Of a stretch of 64,000 bases of DNA, positions 11,263-24,298 are shown piece by piece; the stretch's first letter is position 1, and each line of letters starts with the position of its first letter. The position numbers and the translations under genes are program-made. The stretch is from Mobula hypostoma (taxonomy: Eukaryota): the NCBI RefSeq assembly GCF_963921235.1, contig NC_086107.1, forward strand, positions 102,736,001 to 102,800,000. Direction: 5' to 3'. The notes below the pieces were generated by a model, which had not been told where the DNA came from, made no database searches, and was given only the letters and a program-made list of their open reading frames with translations.

Positions 11263-12648
11263 TCAGTCTAAGTGATTCAATATAATCTACGTCCATCATC
11301 ACTGGGACATACTCAAGGCCAAATATGACAATACTGGACCTCTCTCCCTCACTGGTCACCTAGCAGATTGCAAACCCCTCAACTTAAGAGTGTCCCTCCT
11401 GCATAAATGTCCAATATCCTTTTACTCCACTTAAGGGAAAATACCCAAGGTGTTTCAGACGCCCTCCCTAGTTTATAGGCCTGTTCTCTTGTGTGGATAG
11501 GTTAACTAGCCACTATAAATTGGCACTACTGTGCGGGTGAGTGGTAGAATTTGGGGAGAGTTGATGGGAATGCAGGGAGAATAAAAAAGGGATAACACAG
11601 AGTTAGTATAAAAAGGTGGTTGGAGCAAGTCAATGTTTCCATGCAATGGGATTCTACGACCATACTGAAACCTCCTGGTTTTCTTAGTTGTCGTAGTCAC
11701 AGAGTCATACAGCAATACAAGAAGGGTACAGGCTCTTCAGCCCAACCAGTTCATGCTAACAATGGTGACAATAACTAACTAGCCAGCTAGTCCCAATTTC
11801 CTGTGTGTGGCTACTATCTCTCCAAGCCGCATCTTCCAGTCCCTTGCGCTCAAGCATCCACTGGTACCCCACCATTTGTCGCGTCCATGCTACTTAACCA
11901 TGATGACAACCACAGCATTTTATGTATTTATTAATTTATTTATTGAGATACAGCGGGGAATAGCCCCTCCTGGCCCTTCCAGCCGCTGCCCAGCAACCCC
12001 CATTTTAACCCCATCCTAATCATGGGACAATTTACAATGACCAATTAACCTGTCCACCGGTACGTCTTTGGACTGTAGAAGGAAACCCACGCGGTCACGA
12101 GGAGAACGTATACGAACTCCTTACAGGCAGTGGCGGAAATTAAACCTGGGTCGCCTGCACTGTAAAGCGTTGTGCTAACCACTACACTCCCATTTCTGAG
12201 GACTTGGTCCCTCCTTGCTCCTCAAGCCCTGAGCAAAACTGCCACATGTGATTAACCCCAAACCCTATACTGTCAAAGGTATTCTTCAATTACCCTTCAA
12301 CTGTTTAGTCCAACACATGAAATAGTTTCAGCCAGTCCACATGCAAAACAATGCCTGATCCAAAAGGGTAGAGAAATTCGATCTTTCTGTGGTGTCTTCA
12401 GCCTGACTCCAAATACACCAACCATTTCTTTAGATCACATGCCAAACCTATCACTTCTGAAATTATGTGAGGTTTTAGATTAAAACATTCCTTCAAATGT
12501 TTCACTCCCTCCCATAAGGGCCTCATCTGTAGCTTATAGTACTGGAATCCTCATGGGCATCTTGTTTGTCTTGGACCGCCAGCACTCCTCTTCCTGTGTC
12601 TGCTCATGTTCCCCTGTTTTGTGTGGTCTGCATCCTGTTGAGCAGTTG

Positions 12649-13665
12649 TTAGATTTAGATTAGATTCAACTTTATTGTCATTGTGCCGAGTACAGATACA
12701 AAGCCAATGAAATGCAGTTAGCATCTGACCAGAAATGCAAAGAATAGTGTTATTTACAAAATAACTGTGAATAAGAAGTAAGTGCTACAGCACACAAATA
12801 TAAAAGTGCTGAGATGGTACAATATGGGTGCAATACGCTTAGCGCTGTGATGTGAGGTTCAGCAGGGTCACAGCCTCAGGGAAGAGGCTGCTGGTGCGGG
12901 AGCAGAGGCTCCTGTAGCACCTACCGGATGGGAGGAGAGTAAAAAGTCCATGGTTAGGGTGAGATGCGTCCTTGATAATGCTTTTTGCCCTGTCCAGGCA
13001 GCATTTATGGTAGATGTTCTCAATGGTGGGCAATTGGGTGCTGATAATCCTCTGGGCAGTTTCCACCACATGCTGGAGTGCTTTGCAGTCTGATACGGGA
13101 CAATTGCCATACCACACTGAGATGCAGTTGGTGAGTATGCTCTCAATGGTACAGCGGTAAAAGTCTGTCAGTATCCTGGGACAGAGGTGAGCTTTCTTTG
13201 TGCTCCACAGGAAATAAAGGTGCTGTTGCACCTTTTTGATCAGGATGGAGTTGTTCAGGGACCAGGTGAGGTCCTCGGAAATGTAGATACCAAGGAATTT
13301 GAAGCTTGATACACGCTCCACTATAGCTCCGTTGATGTTGATGGGGACGTGAGTGTGGCTCCTAGCAAGCCTGAAGTCCACAATGATCTCGTTGGTTTTC
13401 TGGGTGTTAAGGGCCAGGTTGTTGTCGGCACACCACACGGCCAGGTGCTGCACCTCGTCCCTGTAGGCTGTCTCGTCATCCCCTCTGATCAGGCCAACCA
13501 CTGTGGTGTCGTCTGCGAACTTGATTATGGAGTTAGAACCATGTACAGGAATGCAGTCATAGGTGAAAAGGGAGTACAGAAGAGGGCTCAGCACACAGCC
13601 TTGAGGCACGCCGGTGATCAGGGTGAGAGTGGAGGAGGAGAGGTTGTCTAACTTAACTGATTGGG
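12649..13665 (-). mobile_element. Rex1/Babar LINE, 5'-truncated, RT C-terminal half
   Basis: ORF 12839-13669: TGVPQGCVLSPLLYSL...KFADD...FKFLG. Confidence 0.92.
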
Positions 13666-14723
13666 CCACACAACGACATGTGTTCGATCCCGAACTAAAA
13701 TGTCGTCACTGTATATTCTTCCTTTAACCCTGTTAGTTTCCCCTAACTGTTTCAAGTCCAAAATTGGCTGGTAGGTTAAATACCCAAGTGTAGATGGGTG
13801 GTAGGAAATTAAGGCAAGAGTTGATGGGTGTGTGGGAGAATAGATTATAGGGAAATGGGACTGTTGGGATTACTCCTTGAGGTAGCATAGACGTGAAGAT
13901 CTGATCAGCCTCCTTCAATATAAATGTAAATAAATACACGAAAATAATCTTACTGGTTTCAAGGACACATAACGAAACTAGAGCCAACAATAAAATATTA
14001 CTAACCGAAGTAAATTCTTAATGAAGAACAATGTCTGGTGGAACAATTTATCAGAAGTTGCAACACATGGTAGTATCAGTCCTCAAAAGGTAGTCATATA
14101 AACAACACTTTCAAAGTTCTGCAGGTAAACGGGTGCAAATTGGAGCTGGTGCATTCAGATCTGGGACACACCAGGTAGCATATTGGCCTTGGTCAGGGGA
14201 GTGGGGATGACTGGAAGAACTGGATCAGCCCATGATTGAATGGCAGAGAAGACTCGATGGGCCGAATAGCCTACTTCTGCTCCTATATCTTATGGGATGG
14301 GTGTAGCACACTAATTAACTCTAAACGGACTCTTAAAAATAGCTTGGTAAGGCCCCTACCGAATGATATAAAGGATGGACAGTGCCCGATGCTGTGAGTC
14401 AGAGAACCATTAGTGGAGATATTCCACCTGCCTTCAACAATCTAACTCCAATAAATGCACAATTCCAGGATAACTTTCTAAGGAATAATCACATTAGCAC
14501 TTTGAAGCCCTGTGTTCACAGAGCCCCCTCCATCACATTGTAGAACACCCCCACCACCACTATGCTTTGCTCCAACATCTAAATTGTGAGTCACCAGCAG
14601 TAGAATTGCATTCCACTGTAATCTATAATCCTATAGCCAGATGTATCCCACAAACTGGAAAATAGACCAATCCCAGTTCACCAAGAGTATTGAAAAGCAT
14701 GTTTGTAGCAGTACCAGGCATAC

Positions 14724-14847
14724 CTAAACACATAAAGCCAACTTGCCGAAATACAAGACAAGACTGAGTGCCTGTTAAATATTTTATACAAAATGCTAAA
14801 GGAAGAGTTGAGCTGGATGACAGCTCCACATGTCCCAGCTTGTCTTC
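14724..14847 (-). other. Candidate exon of an unidentified minus-strand transcript
   Basis: ttttttcag acceptor, G|gtatgc donor; open frame EDKLGHVELSSSSTLPLAFCIKYLTGTQSCLVFRQVGFMCL; no homolog recognised. Confidence 0.35.
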
Positions 14848-15495
14848 CTGAAAAAAAGTCAATTAACTTATAATGGATGAAATCCCAGCTAAGCCTTCCC
14901 TGTTGCATAATTAAGCTAAAGGCACAGTAAGTGCAAAGAAAGGAAAGTTGAGGGTGTTGACTATTCATCAACTAATCTAGGTCAGGCAACTCAGTGTGCA
15001 ACTATTAATCAATCAAAGCTCGCACTTTATTGTCTCTACACAAACAAGAACATAACTAGGCTGGCCCCAGGCCAACAATTTACAACATGAATTCTACTGC
15101 TCCTTCTGTACCAATACTCACTCAGATCACTCCTCCAATTTATAACACCAATGTAGAGATCTCCTGTTGGCTTGGCGATCGATCCCTTTTCTCCCAGCCC
15201 CTGGCATGGGGCTCCTTCCTTGTGGTAGTCTCAGAGTTCTCACCACTTTTCATCTGAAGCCCTTCGCTCTTATAGTCTTTCCTTTATCAGTTCAAATGTT
15301 GTGTTTCAACCTTGTTGGCTCGAGGTCATCTGACTGACCTGTGTGAGGTTGCCATTGGATGTAGCCAAGGACTACCCAACTTTTGTGCCTAAGGTGACTT
15401 CTTTTGTTCTATTCAACTCTGGCTCAAACCAGTCAAACCAGGTCATCTGGACACTGGGCCGAGATAACAAGATTATTTCTTCAAATCTACCGTTG

Positions 15496-17473
15496 TGTCA
15501 TGGTCCGGTCCGTGAAGTCCACACTTCGGTTCATGGTCCGGTCCGTGGACTCAGGACTCCGGGTCTTCCAGCTGTCCCTTGTTTGAATTAATCATAGGCA
15601 CCTGATTCCCATCTTTGGGCTTGCAATATAAGTAGCCTTGGGGTTGAGTGGGGGCTGCTGGTTTGTCTTGTCAGTCCCCCTTGGAGCAACCTGCTGATGA
15701 AACCATTTGTGATCTCCAGGCCTGGTTGGAGGACCACTGCTTCATGGAGCCTTGTTGCCACTTGTTGGAGTGGTCTTTGCAGTATGGATTTGGCTGTTTT
15801 CCGGGCCAGCTGAGTGGCTGCCAGCCACTCCGAGCTAGGTAGGGATCCAGCTGTTTCTGCAGCCAGCTGAGGTTGCTGGCTGTAACTGCAATTTGGAGCT
15901 ACCCTGGAGCAGAGATGGAACTGTCTGTTGTTCTTTGGTGCTTGTCTCTTCTTGTCCTCGCCTCTGTAGGATAAGTCAGGCCGTCTTGCCGTTGCCCCGT
16001 GGGGGGGGGGGGAATGTCTTGTCTTGTCTTTGCCTCTGTTGGGTAAGTCTAGCTGTCCTGCCGTTACCCAACAGGTGGACCTGTCCCACCTTGGTGTGGA
16101 GAAGTTGAGTCCCGGCTTGTCTTAGGATAAGTCCCAGCTGTATGTCTATGTTCTGTCCTATCTCATGTTAGTGTCGTGTTAAAGATGAGTCCCGGCTTGT
16201 CGAAGGATAAGTCCTGGCTCTATGTTGATGTTTGGTTCCCGGTCTGTCTCTGAGCTCCAAGAACCCCAGCCTCAAGGATCCCGCAACCAAGCTCCAAGAA
16301 CCCAAGCCTCGAGGATCCCGCAGCCAAGCTCCAAGAACCCTAGGCTCGAGGATCCCGCAGCCAAGCTCCAAGAACCCTAGGCTCGAGGATCCCGCAGCCA
16401 AGCTCCAAGAACCCTAGGCTCGAGGATCCCGCAGCCAAGCTCCAAGAACCCTAGGCTCGAGGATCCCGCAGCCAAGCTCCAAGAACCCTAGGCTCGAGGA
16501 TCCCGCAGCCAAGCTCCAAGAACCCTAGGCTCGAGGATCCCGCAGCCAAGCTCCAAGAACCCTAGGCTCGAGGATCCCGCAGCCAAGCTCCAAGAACCCT
16601 AGGCTCGAGGATCCCGCAGCCAAGCTCCAAGAACCCTAGGCTCGAGGATCCCGCAGCCAAGCTCCAAGAACCCTAGGCTCGAGGATCCCGCAGCCAAGCT
16701 CCAAGAACCCTAGGCTCGAGGATCCCGCAGCCAAGCTCCAAGAACCCTAGGCTCGAGGATCCCGCAGCCAAGCTCCAAGAACCCTAGGCTCGAGGATCCC
16801 GCAGCCAAGCTCCAAGAACCCTAGGCTCGAGGATCCCGCAGCCAAGCTCCAAGAACCCTAGGCTCGAGGATCCCGCAGCCAAGCTCCAAGAACCCTAGGC
16901 TCGAGGATCCCGCAGCCAAGCCCCTAGAACCCTAGGCTCGAGGATCCCGCAGCCAAGCTCCAAGAATTCAAGCCCCCAAGCCTCGAGGGTCCCAAGCCAA
17001 GCTCAAGACCGAAGACTCCAAGCTTCGAGGACCCCAAGTCAAGCTCAAGACTCAAGACCCCAGCCTCAAGCCATGTCATGTCCTTGCCTGGTTCTGGGGT
17101 CCGAGCCCGAGGCAAGACCCAGGTTCTGGGTCCTTGTCCAGTCTCGGGCTTGGAGTCCGAGCCTTGTCTTGTCTCCAAGCTCAGGCCTCTGGACCCCAGC
17201 CACGTCCTGTCCTGAAGCCATGTCATGTCCTTGCCTTGTGCCGGGTTCCGAGCCCGAGGCTGGGTCCTTGTCCAGTCTCGGGCTTGGAGCCCAAGCCTTG
17301 TCTCCTAGTCCATGGTTCCTAGTCCTGGTCCCGCTTTCCCTAGCCCAAGTCTGCGTTCTTGTCCCTGTCCCTTGCCCGAATCCTGTCACGTCCCTACTCT
17401 AGTCAAGTCCTGTTCCTTGTACTTCAGTATCTGTGTCTTGCATTTGGGTCCATTCCAGCACCCCATTGTGACA
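15496..17473 (+). mobile_element. Solo LTR (Gypsy-like), 1978 bp, expanded by internal repeats
   Basis: TGTCA...TGACA termini; 5-bp TSD cgttg (15491-15495, 17474-17478); TATA-like aatataag ~15626. Confidence 0.85.
16254..16966. repeat. 37-bp minisatellite, about 19 copies
   Basis: (gctccaagaaccctaggctcgaggatcccgcagccaa)n; central copies are identical. Confidence 0.97.
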
Positions 17474-17802
17474 CGTTGTACATAATACAGAGCTTAGCTG
17501 AGAATGTTCTCAGGTTTAGCGGGTCAACAGCATAAATTCTTTGTGTCCATGGTCAACAATTGCTCTGATTAAGTTATCCCAGAGAAAGAATCAGTTCATC
17601 AAACAGTTCACAAAATGGAGGTTACAAAGCAGCTTCACAAAATGGCAGTATCCATTCTTTCAAGCACACAGCAAAAACAAAGACATCTGGTTTGTCTACC
17701 ACTGACCTTAACCCATTCAAGTTTGACGTTTTCTTCCATATTTTAGTTCCTTCATGGCGAACAGGTGTGTTGTGGAGAATGTAGAAGTTTGCCGTAGGTT
17801 TC

Positions 17803-18640
17803 AATGGGACATTAACAGGATGCAGAAATGGCTGAGAAGTGGCAGATGGGGCTCATTCTGGAAGTGATTCACTTTGGAAGGTTGAACTTGAAGGAAAAAT
17901 ACAAAGTTAATGGCAGGATTCTTCTCAGTGTGGAGGAACAGAATGATCTTGTGGACCATGTCCATAGATCCCTCAAAGTTACCGGGCAAGTTGACAGGGT
18001 TACTAAGAAGGCACTTAATGTGTTGGCTTTCATTAGTTGGGGAATTGTGTTTACAAGTTTCTTGGTAATGTTGCAACTCTATAAAACATTGGTTAGACAA
18101 CACTTGGAGTATTGTGTTCATTCCTGGTCGCCTCATTACAGGAAGGATGTGGAAGCTTTAGAGAAAGTGCAGAGGAGATTTACCAGGATGCTGCCTGGAT
18201 TAGAGAGCGTGTCTAATGAGAATAGGTTGAGCAAGCTAAGGCTTTTCTAATAGGAGCAAAGGTGGTTGAGAGGTGTAGAAATGGTAAGAGGCATAGATAG
18301 AGTGGACAGCCAGAGACTATTTCCCAGGATGGAACGTCTAATACAAGGGGGTATAACTTTAAGGTGTTTGGAGGAAAGTATGGTGGTGGCACGGGGGTGT
18401 TGGAGGGAGGTTTTTTACATAGAGAATAGTAGGTGCATGAATGCACTGCCAGGGCTGGAGGAAGAGGCAGATACATTAGGGCCTTTTAAGGGACTCTTAG
18501 TCAGGCACATGGGCAAAAGATAAATGGGGACTATGTGGGAGAAATGGGTTAGACTGATCTTAGAGTAGGTTAAGGGGTCAGCACAACATTGTGGGCCAAA
18601 GAACCTTTACTGTGCTGTAATATTCTAGGTTCTATATTCT
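17803..18640 (+). mobile_element. CR1 LINE 3' fragment
   Basis: AEKWQM...LYKTLVRQHLEYCVHSWSPHYRKDVEALEKVQRRFTRM. Confidence 0.9.
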
Positions 18641-19776
18641 ACCCATGCTTACTCTAGTTTTATATATTGTAGCTCCAGCATCACTGCTCAGCTTCCTTCA
18701 CCGCAGCCTATGCAATCCTTCTCCGTAACTAAAGTCATCCCATCCACCTGAAAGGCCCCCTTCCCCACTGTGTACCTCTATGACTCAAATGCCCTCGAAT
18801 TTTTTCATCACTTCAAAGACTTGTCTTCAGTGGTTGTTAATCAGATCGAGTAACTCTGGAGATGAAGAAAATCCTCAGTCAAGATGCAGCAACTTTCAGA
18901 TTCAAGCTCTAGTAAAGAGAAACTAGTAATAGTAACAACAGCAGAGAGGCCAGGCTTTTATCTTGATTAATTATTTGATAAGGTCTTTCATTTTATTCCA
19001 TGTAACCACAAACATGGAAAGAAATGACTTCTGTTTCAATTCCACTATGTTACTCTTCCAACCTTTCTTCTACCACCATCTTGCTACAGACCAATAGGTC
19101 CACAAAGAGGCCTAGATGAGTTTTTCGATAGCCGTGTGTGACATTCTTAAATCAAAGTGAATGAAAGCATAAACTCTGCATGGCTGATTGTGGTCATGGA
19201 GTTATACTGATGGCAAAAAACAATTTCCAAGGCACCCTTTGGGTTTTGTATTCAGTCAGCTCAAACGGAAAAACATACAGCCTCTGGGATTCCATGTTGG
19301 TGGGCATTCGCCATATCCCCGAAAACTTTTCTGTCCTGCATTATGCTCATGCGAAAGCTATAGGTAAAATGAAATGTGCTGTAAATGCAATAATTTGCAT
19401 TCACTTTATGGCATATATTAACTAACAATTTGAATGTATTTCCATACAAATTATATTCTACCTTCCTACCAGTCTTTCGAGCTGCAATGTGACACTGCAG
19501 CCGCTCCTCTCTGAAAGCTGCCAAGTCTCATTCACCCATGACACAAGAACATCAGAGCACAGGGAGGCCATCTGGTACCTCAAGGCTGCCTCACTGTTCA
19601 GTATCATCATGGCTGATCTACCCCAGACCTCCTTTCCTGGATACCCCAGTTGCCTGTAGCCCTCAATCCTCTGATCTTTCAAAACTGTATCTTCTGTTAA
19701 AAACCTCCAGTGATACAATTTGAATGACCCCACCCCCACCCCCGGGACAAAGAATTCATGAGATTTTCCATCCTCT

Positions 19777-20116
19777 GTCCTCCAAGAGGACCACAATCTT
19801 GCCGTGGGGTTTGGAGGCTTGCATGTCTCAATAACCCAGAGACCTATGTTGGCTGAAGTCAGGGCTTTGTCCTTTGGCTCCTGGTAGGGTCACCCATGCC
19901 AAACAGGTCAAAGGGTAGAGACCAGACTAAGGTTGCTCCACTGGTCCTCCAGGTTTGGTGGTTTAGCTCAGGGCCAACAACTCTGACTGGTCAAACAAAA
20001 CTGTTATGGAAGCAGCAATGAGGATTCCTCCTACGTGGCCAAGGACAGACAAAGATGGAGGATTTTCATTACTACTTCAAACACCATCGGTGTAACGGGC
20101 AATTAACAATAATTAA
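19777..20116 (+). mobile_element. Non-autonomous RTE-derived element (a related copy lies on - at ~47255-47590)
   Basis: RTE-like 5' UTR cttgccgtggggtttggaggcttg...gtagggtcacccatg; TSD ccatcctct/ccaccctct; interrupts a CR1 remnant. Confidence 0.7.
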
Positions 20117-20247
20117 CCACCCTCTATGAGAAGAAATTCCTTTTAAAAGACAATCATTCATCTTGTAACTTTGTTCTTTTAGTCTGAAGTTCACCCACTT
20201 CTGGAAACACCTTAACATCTACCCTATCAGGCACCTGTAAGATCTTA

Positions 20248-20671
20248 CCTTCTCCGTGGATTGTCACCTTGTCGCGGTGGAGAAGCTTGTGTGGTCCTGA
20301 GATACTAGAGCGATGCCGTCTGGAGCTATGCTCCCGGTAGGGTCACCCATGGCGGTAAGGTCGAGGGTGAGGTCCCTGACAAAGAACAATCCAACCAAGA
20401 CCTCAATAGTGGAACAGGCGGACGAAGTTACTTCGAACTCAACGGCTGTGAAGGCGGATGAAGGCTGCAACAAATCCATCAGCTCCAATCGTCGTGGTTT
20501 CCATGCCATTGGAATCAGTTGGTTGATTTGTGAAGTATCGTGTGCTTCTTGGAGTGCAACATCAAGTACACATTAAACAAATACATGCACAGGTGTCTTC
20601 GCTCTGTGGGCCACTTGACCAACAGAACGAAGACCATCATCCTCCACCCCGAGGGATAGCCACGATGACGC
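20248..20671 (+). mobile_element. Non-autonomous RTE-derived element, 424 bp
   Basis: RTE-like head ccttgtcgcggtggagaagcttg...gtagggtcacccatgg; cgatgacg tail; 8-bp TSD agatctta (20240-20247, 20672-20679). Confidence 0.8.
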
Positions 20672-20749
20672 AGATCTTATATGTTTCAATAACTTCATCC
20701 CATATCTTAAAAACTCCAAAGAATTGTTGAACTACATGTGCTGTGTTAA

Positions 20750-21192
20750 GTAATTGAGTTAATACTTAGGGTCCAATCCTATGATTTAAGTGGTTTATTC
20801 AGATGCATGAGAGGAAACAGCTCCCACGCTTTTCCACCAAGTTACAAATTGTTGTGAGTTTCACACAGAAACTAACTGCACATGCCCTATACACCACAGG
20901 AGTTCAAGATGACCGCCAAAGTCTGCAGAAGAACTGTGGCAAGTTCTCCAAGATGCTTGGAAGAACCTCCCAGCTGATTTTCTTATAAAACTGCTCATCA
21001 ATGTACCTAAAATAATTGATGCAGTTTTAAAGGCAAATGGGGGGTCACACCAAATATTGATTTGATTTAGTCTTATACTGTTTACTGTTTATTGTAATTT
21101 TTTGATACTTAGGAACTTTTCAATTCATTACTTTTGAAAGCATATTCGCTTTATAGAATTTTTTATGTGTGTATAAGACGTGCATGGTACTG
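20750..21192 (+). mobile_element. Tc1/mariner remnant
   Basis: gatgcagttttaaaggcaaatggggggtcacaccaaatattga resembles the Tc1 transposase C-terminus (AVLKAxGGHTKY*); ends tactgta. Confidence 0.65.
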
Positions 21193-24100
21193 TACGTGTG
21201 ATAAATAAGTCTCAATCTGAATCTATAGGTGGACATTAATACTGGTTATGCACATTTATTGTTAACTGAGAGGTTAAGAGATTCTCCAGCTTTGTCAGTT
21301 GTTACTTATTGCTTTGTAAACAGGTTTGGAAATCTAAAATAAAATCAGAAAATGTTGCAAATACTTAGGAGGTCAGTCTGCATCTGTGGAGACAGAAACA
21401 TCCTTCAGAATACATATCACCTCTCTGTTTATTGATTGATTCAGATACAGCATGGACTAGTCCTTCTGGCCCTTTCAGCCTCGCTGCCCAGCAATCCTCG
21501 ATTTAACCCTTGTCTAATCACAGGATGATTTACAATGACCAATTAACCTACCAACCGGTAGGTCTTTGGACTGTGGGAGGAAATCAGAGCTCCTGGAGGA
21601 AAGCCATGCAGTTTTGGGAAGAACGTACAAACTCCTTACAAGCAGTGGTGGGAATTGAACCTGGGTCGCTGGTACCATAAAGCGTGGTGCTAACCACTAC
21701 GCCACCGTGCCACACTGAGATACACTCACATTTGTGATTTGGTTCTCATCCCTGACTTCACCACTCATGATCCTTTCCCAATTTATTTGCTGCCCCCACC
21801 ATCAATGGTGAAACATATAAATTAGGATGGTGCTGGAGTGTTAGGGCGTATTCTTAAGTTAGGGTATATAGTAAATATTTACTTCACCAGCAACCAATCT
21901 TCAGACTTGAACACGGATTGTAGTTTAAATTTAAAATGCAGCCCCGAACAATAGTTTTCCTGGAGCTGTAGACTGGAGTTCATTGCAAAACAGACAATGC
22001 TGATTAACATACATTTTGGGTGTCTGGAGTGTGGGTGTGAAGAAGGAGGTGTGTGAAAACTATATGTAACTCAAAGGAAGCATTGTAGATACATTGTTAC
22101 TATAGAATTGTCCTGCTGTTATGTTGGATTTTTAGCATATAAAAATGTTATATAATATCAGTTCAAGAGGCCTCTTCCTCCAAAACCGTCCCATTTTGTT
22201 GAACAAAACACTTCAATATCCACTAGCTTCAGTGTCTCTCTGGTAACTTTGTTCATGTTACAACAGGTGAAACTGTACCTGCTTACAGTCTCTTTATTTA
22301 ATGAAGTTAATACCAACTTTGGGAGCGGTCCAGAAAAGATTTGCTATGCTAATTCCTGGGATGAGAGGGTTGGCTGACCACAAATGGCTGAGTAAAACTA
22401 GACCTGTATTCTGTGCAGGTTAGAAGACAAGGGGTGATTTTATTGAAACATATGTAGGTCCTAAGAGGCAGGGAAGGGTAGGTGCTAAGATAGTTCCAGA
22501 GGTAGAGGAGTCTACAAGATAAATACGCAGTTTTATGGAGACATCGGTAAGAGGTAGTACTTCAAGAAGGTGGCATGCATTATTATAGACTCTCTATGCA
22601 CTTCTACCATTGGGAAGGAGGTAGAAGAGTCTGAAGACCCACACTCAATAATTCAGGAACATCTTCTTCCCCTCTGCCTTCAGATTTCTGAACGGTCCAT
22701 GAACCCATGAATACTACCTCTTTCGTGCTATTTATTTATCTTTGTATTTATAGTCATTTTCATATCTTGCACCGCAAAACCACAAATTTCGTGACATATG
22801 TTTAGTAGTTCAATGGTTCCATTTAACATTAGAGAACATATACAGTATACAACCTGAAATTCTTACTCTCCTCAGACATCCACAAAAACAGAAGAGTGCC
22901 CCAAAGAATGAGTGACAGGAAAAAAGTTAGAACCCCAAAGCCCCCTTCACCCTCCCCCCAGTGATACACAAGCAGTAGCAAAGCGTCAACCCTCCCCCAC
23001 TTACTTCAGCAAAAAGCATCAGCACCCACCACCCACATATATCGGTGATAATAAACCTAATTCCAACTCTGATTTCAGGAATCCTCTAAGGAGATTGTGG
23101 AAACTAGATGTCTGGAACTATCTGAAGAGAAGCTAGGTGACTTTGAATGATCGGGAAATGAAGGGCTATGCGGCACAGAGATGAGCTGAGGTCTGTAGCA
23201 GATCAGCTATTGCATAGAAGGGCAGGCTTGACATACAAGCTTGTCTACTGCTCCCATTTTGTTATGTGTACTCAGCTCTGAATTGCCCTCTCTAAATCTT
23301 TCTGCCTCTTCTTCTTCCTTTCAGAACTCCCATAACACCTACTTTGAACGTGAGCCCTAATATCTCCTCACGTGATCTGAAGTTGTTTATTCTTGTTTGA
23401 AAATGGCAGAAAATGTTGGGAATACTCAGCAAGTCGGGGCAGTGTCAGTGAAGAGAGAAAAATAATGACTGTTTCCTTCACAGAATCCCACATTACGACC
23501 AGACTTGTTCATCATCATCCATGGGTCTATCCATGTTTGATCAGCAGGACACACCCACTAAACGTGGTGGCATTGTGATGTACACTCAGAATGGAGTGGC
23601 CCTGGGAGTCCTTTACCTTCAGCTTCGTGGACTTCTGACACATGTCAAACGTGTGCACGGAAACCTCCCCCCAATTTCTTCTGACCCCTCTCGCTCAGCT
23701 GATGAATCATCTGCCCTCCATGTTTGAAGAAAACTTCAGGATGGTAGGAACACAATGGGAGATCTATAATGTCTTTCACCAAGAAGAGTTTAGTAGCCCC
23801 GTTGCCTTGAAGAGCACAAATCCAAACGGTCTCGGGGCACAATACATTGGGACATCAGCAAATGTTTATATCAGTAATCCCTATGATCACCAGTATATAA
23901 TCAGCCAATTTCTGTTTTAGTAGATAAATTAGCTCTCTTGAGCACATCAAACAAATCAGACCCCTGCTGGCTTTCTGAGCTGCATCAAAACATGTTGTGT
24001 GTCAGAAACATGCCTCATTTGGGTCACGTGACCAAAACTGAGCGTGAGAAAAAAAGTTGTCCCTGCTGGACATTTCACAGAGCTGGAGTTGTATTTATAA

Positions 24101-24298
24101 CACCAGGACATACACTCAGTGGCCACTTTATTAGGTACACTCAGTGTATTGTGCAGATCAAGATATATGCTTCGATGTTCAAAAAGTTCAGAATTCGAAG
24201 TAAATTTTATTATCAGAGTACATTTATGTCACCACATACAACCCTGAGGTTCATTTTTCTGCGGGCATACTCAGCAAACCGAGAGAATAGTAACTGTA

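Noticed and set aside
12260..12640. Decayed Gypsy pol on the minus strand
   Set aside because: Only a faint LACD-like motif; too degraded to support.
16254..16966. CRISPR array or cloning-vector polylinker
   Set aside because: Head-to-tail units without spacers; no cas genes; the array grades into a TSD-bounded LTR.
19180..19425. 81-aa ORF as a host gene
   Set aside because: No recognisable domain or supporting neighbouring exons.
21830..22265. Third solo LTR ending ...ttacaaca
   Set aside because: LTR-like composition, but no clear 5' end or TSD.
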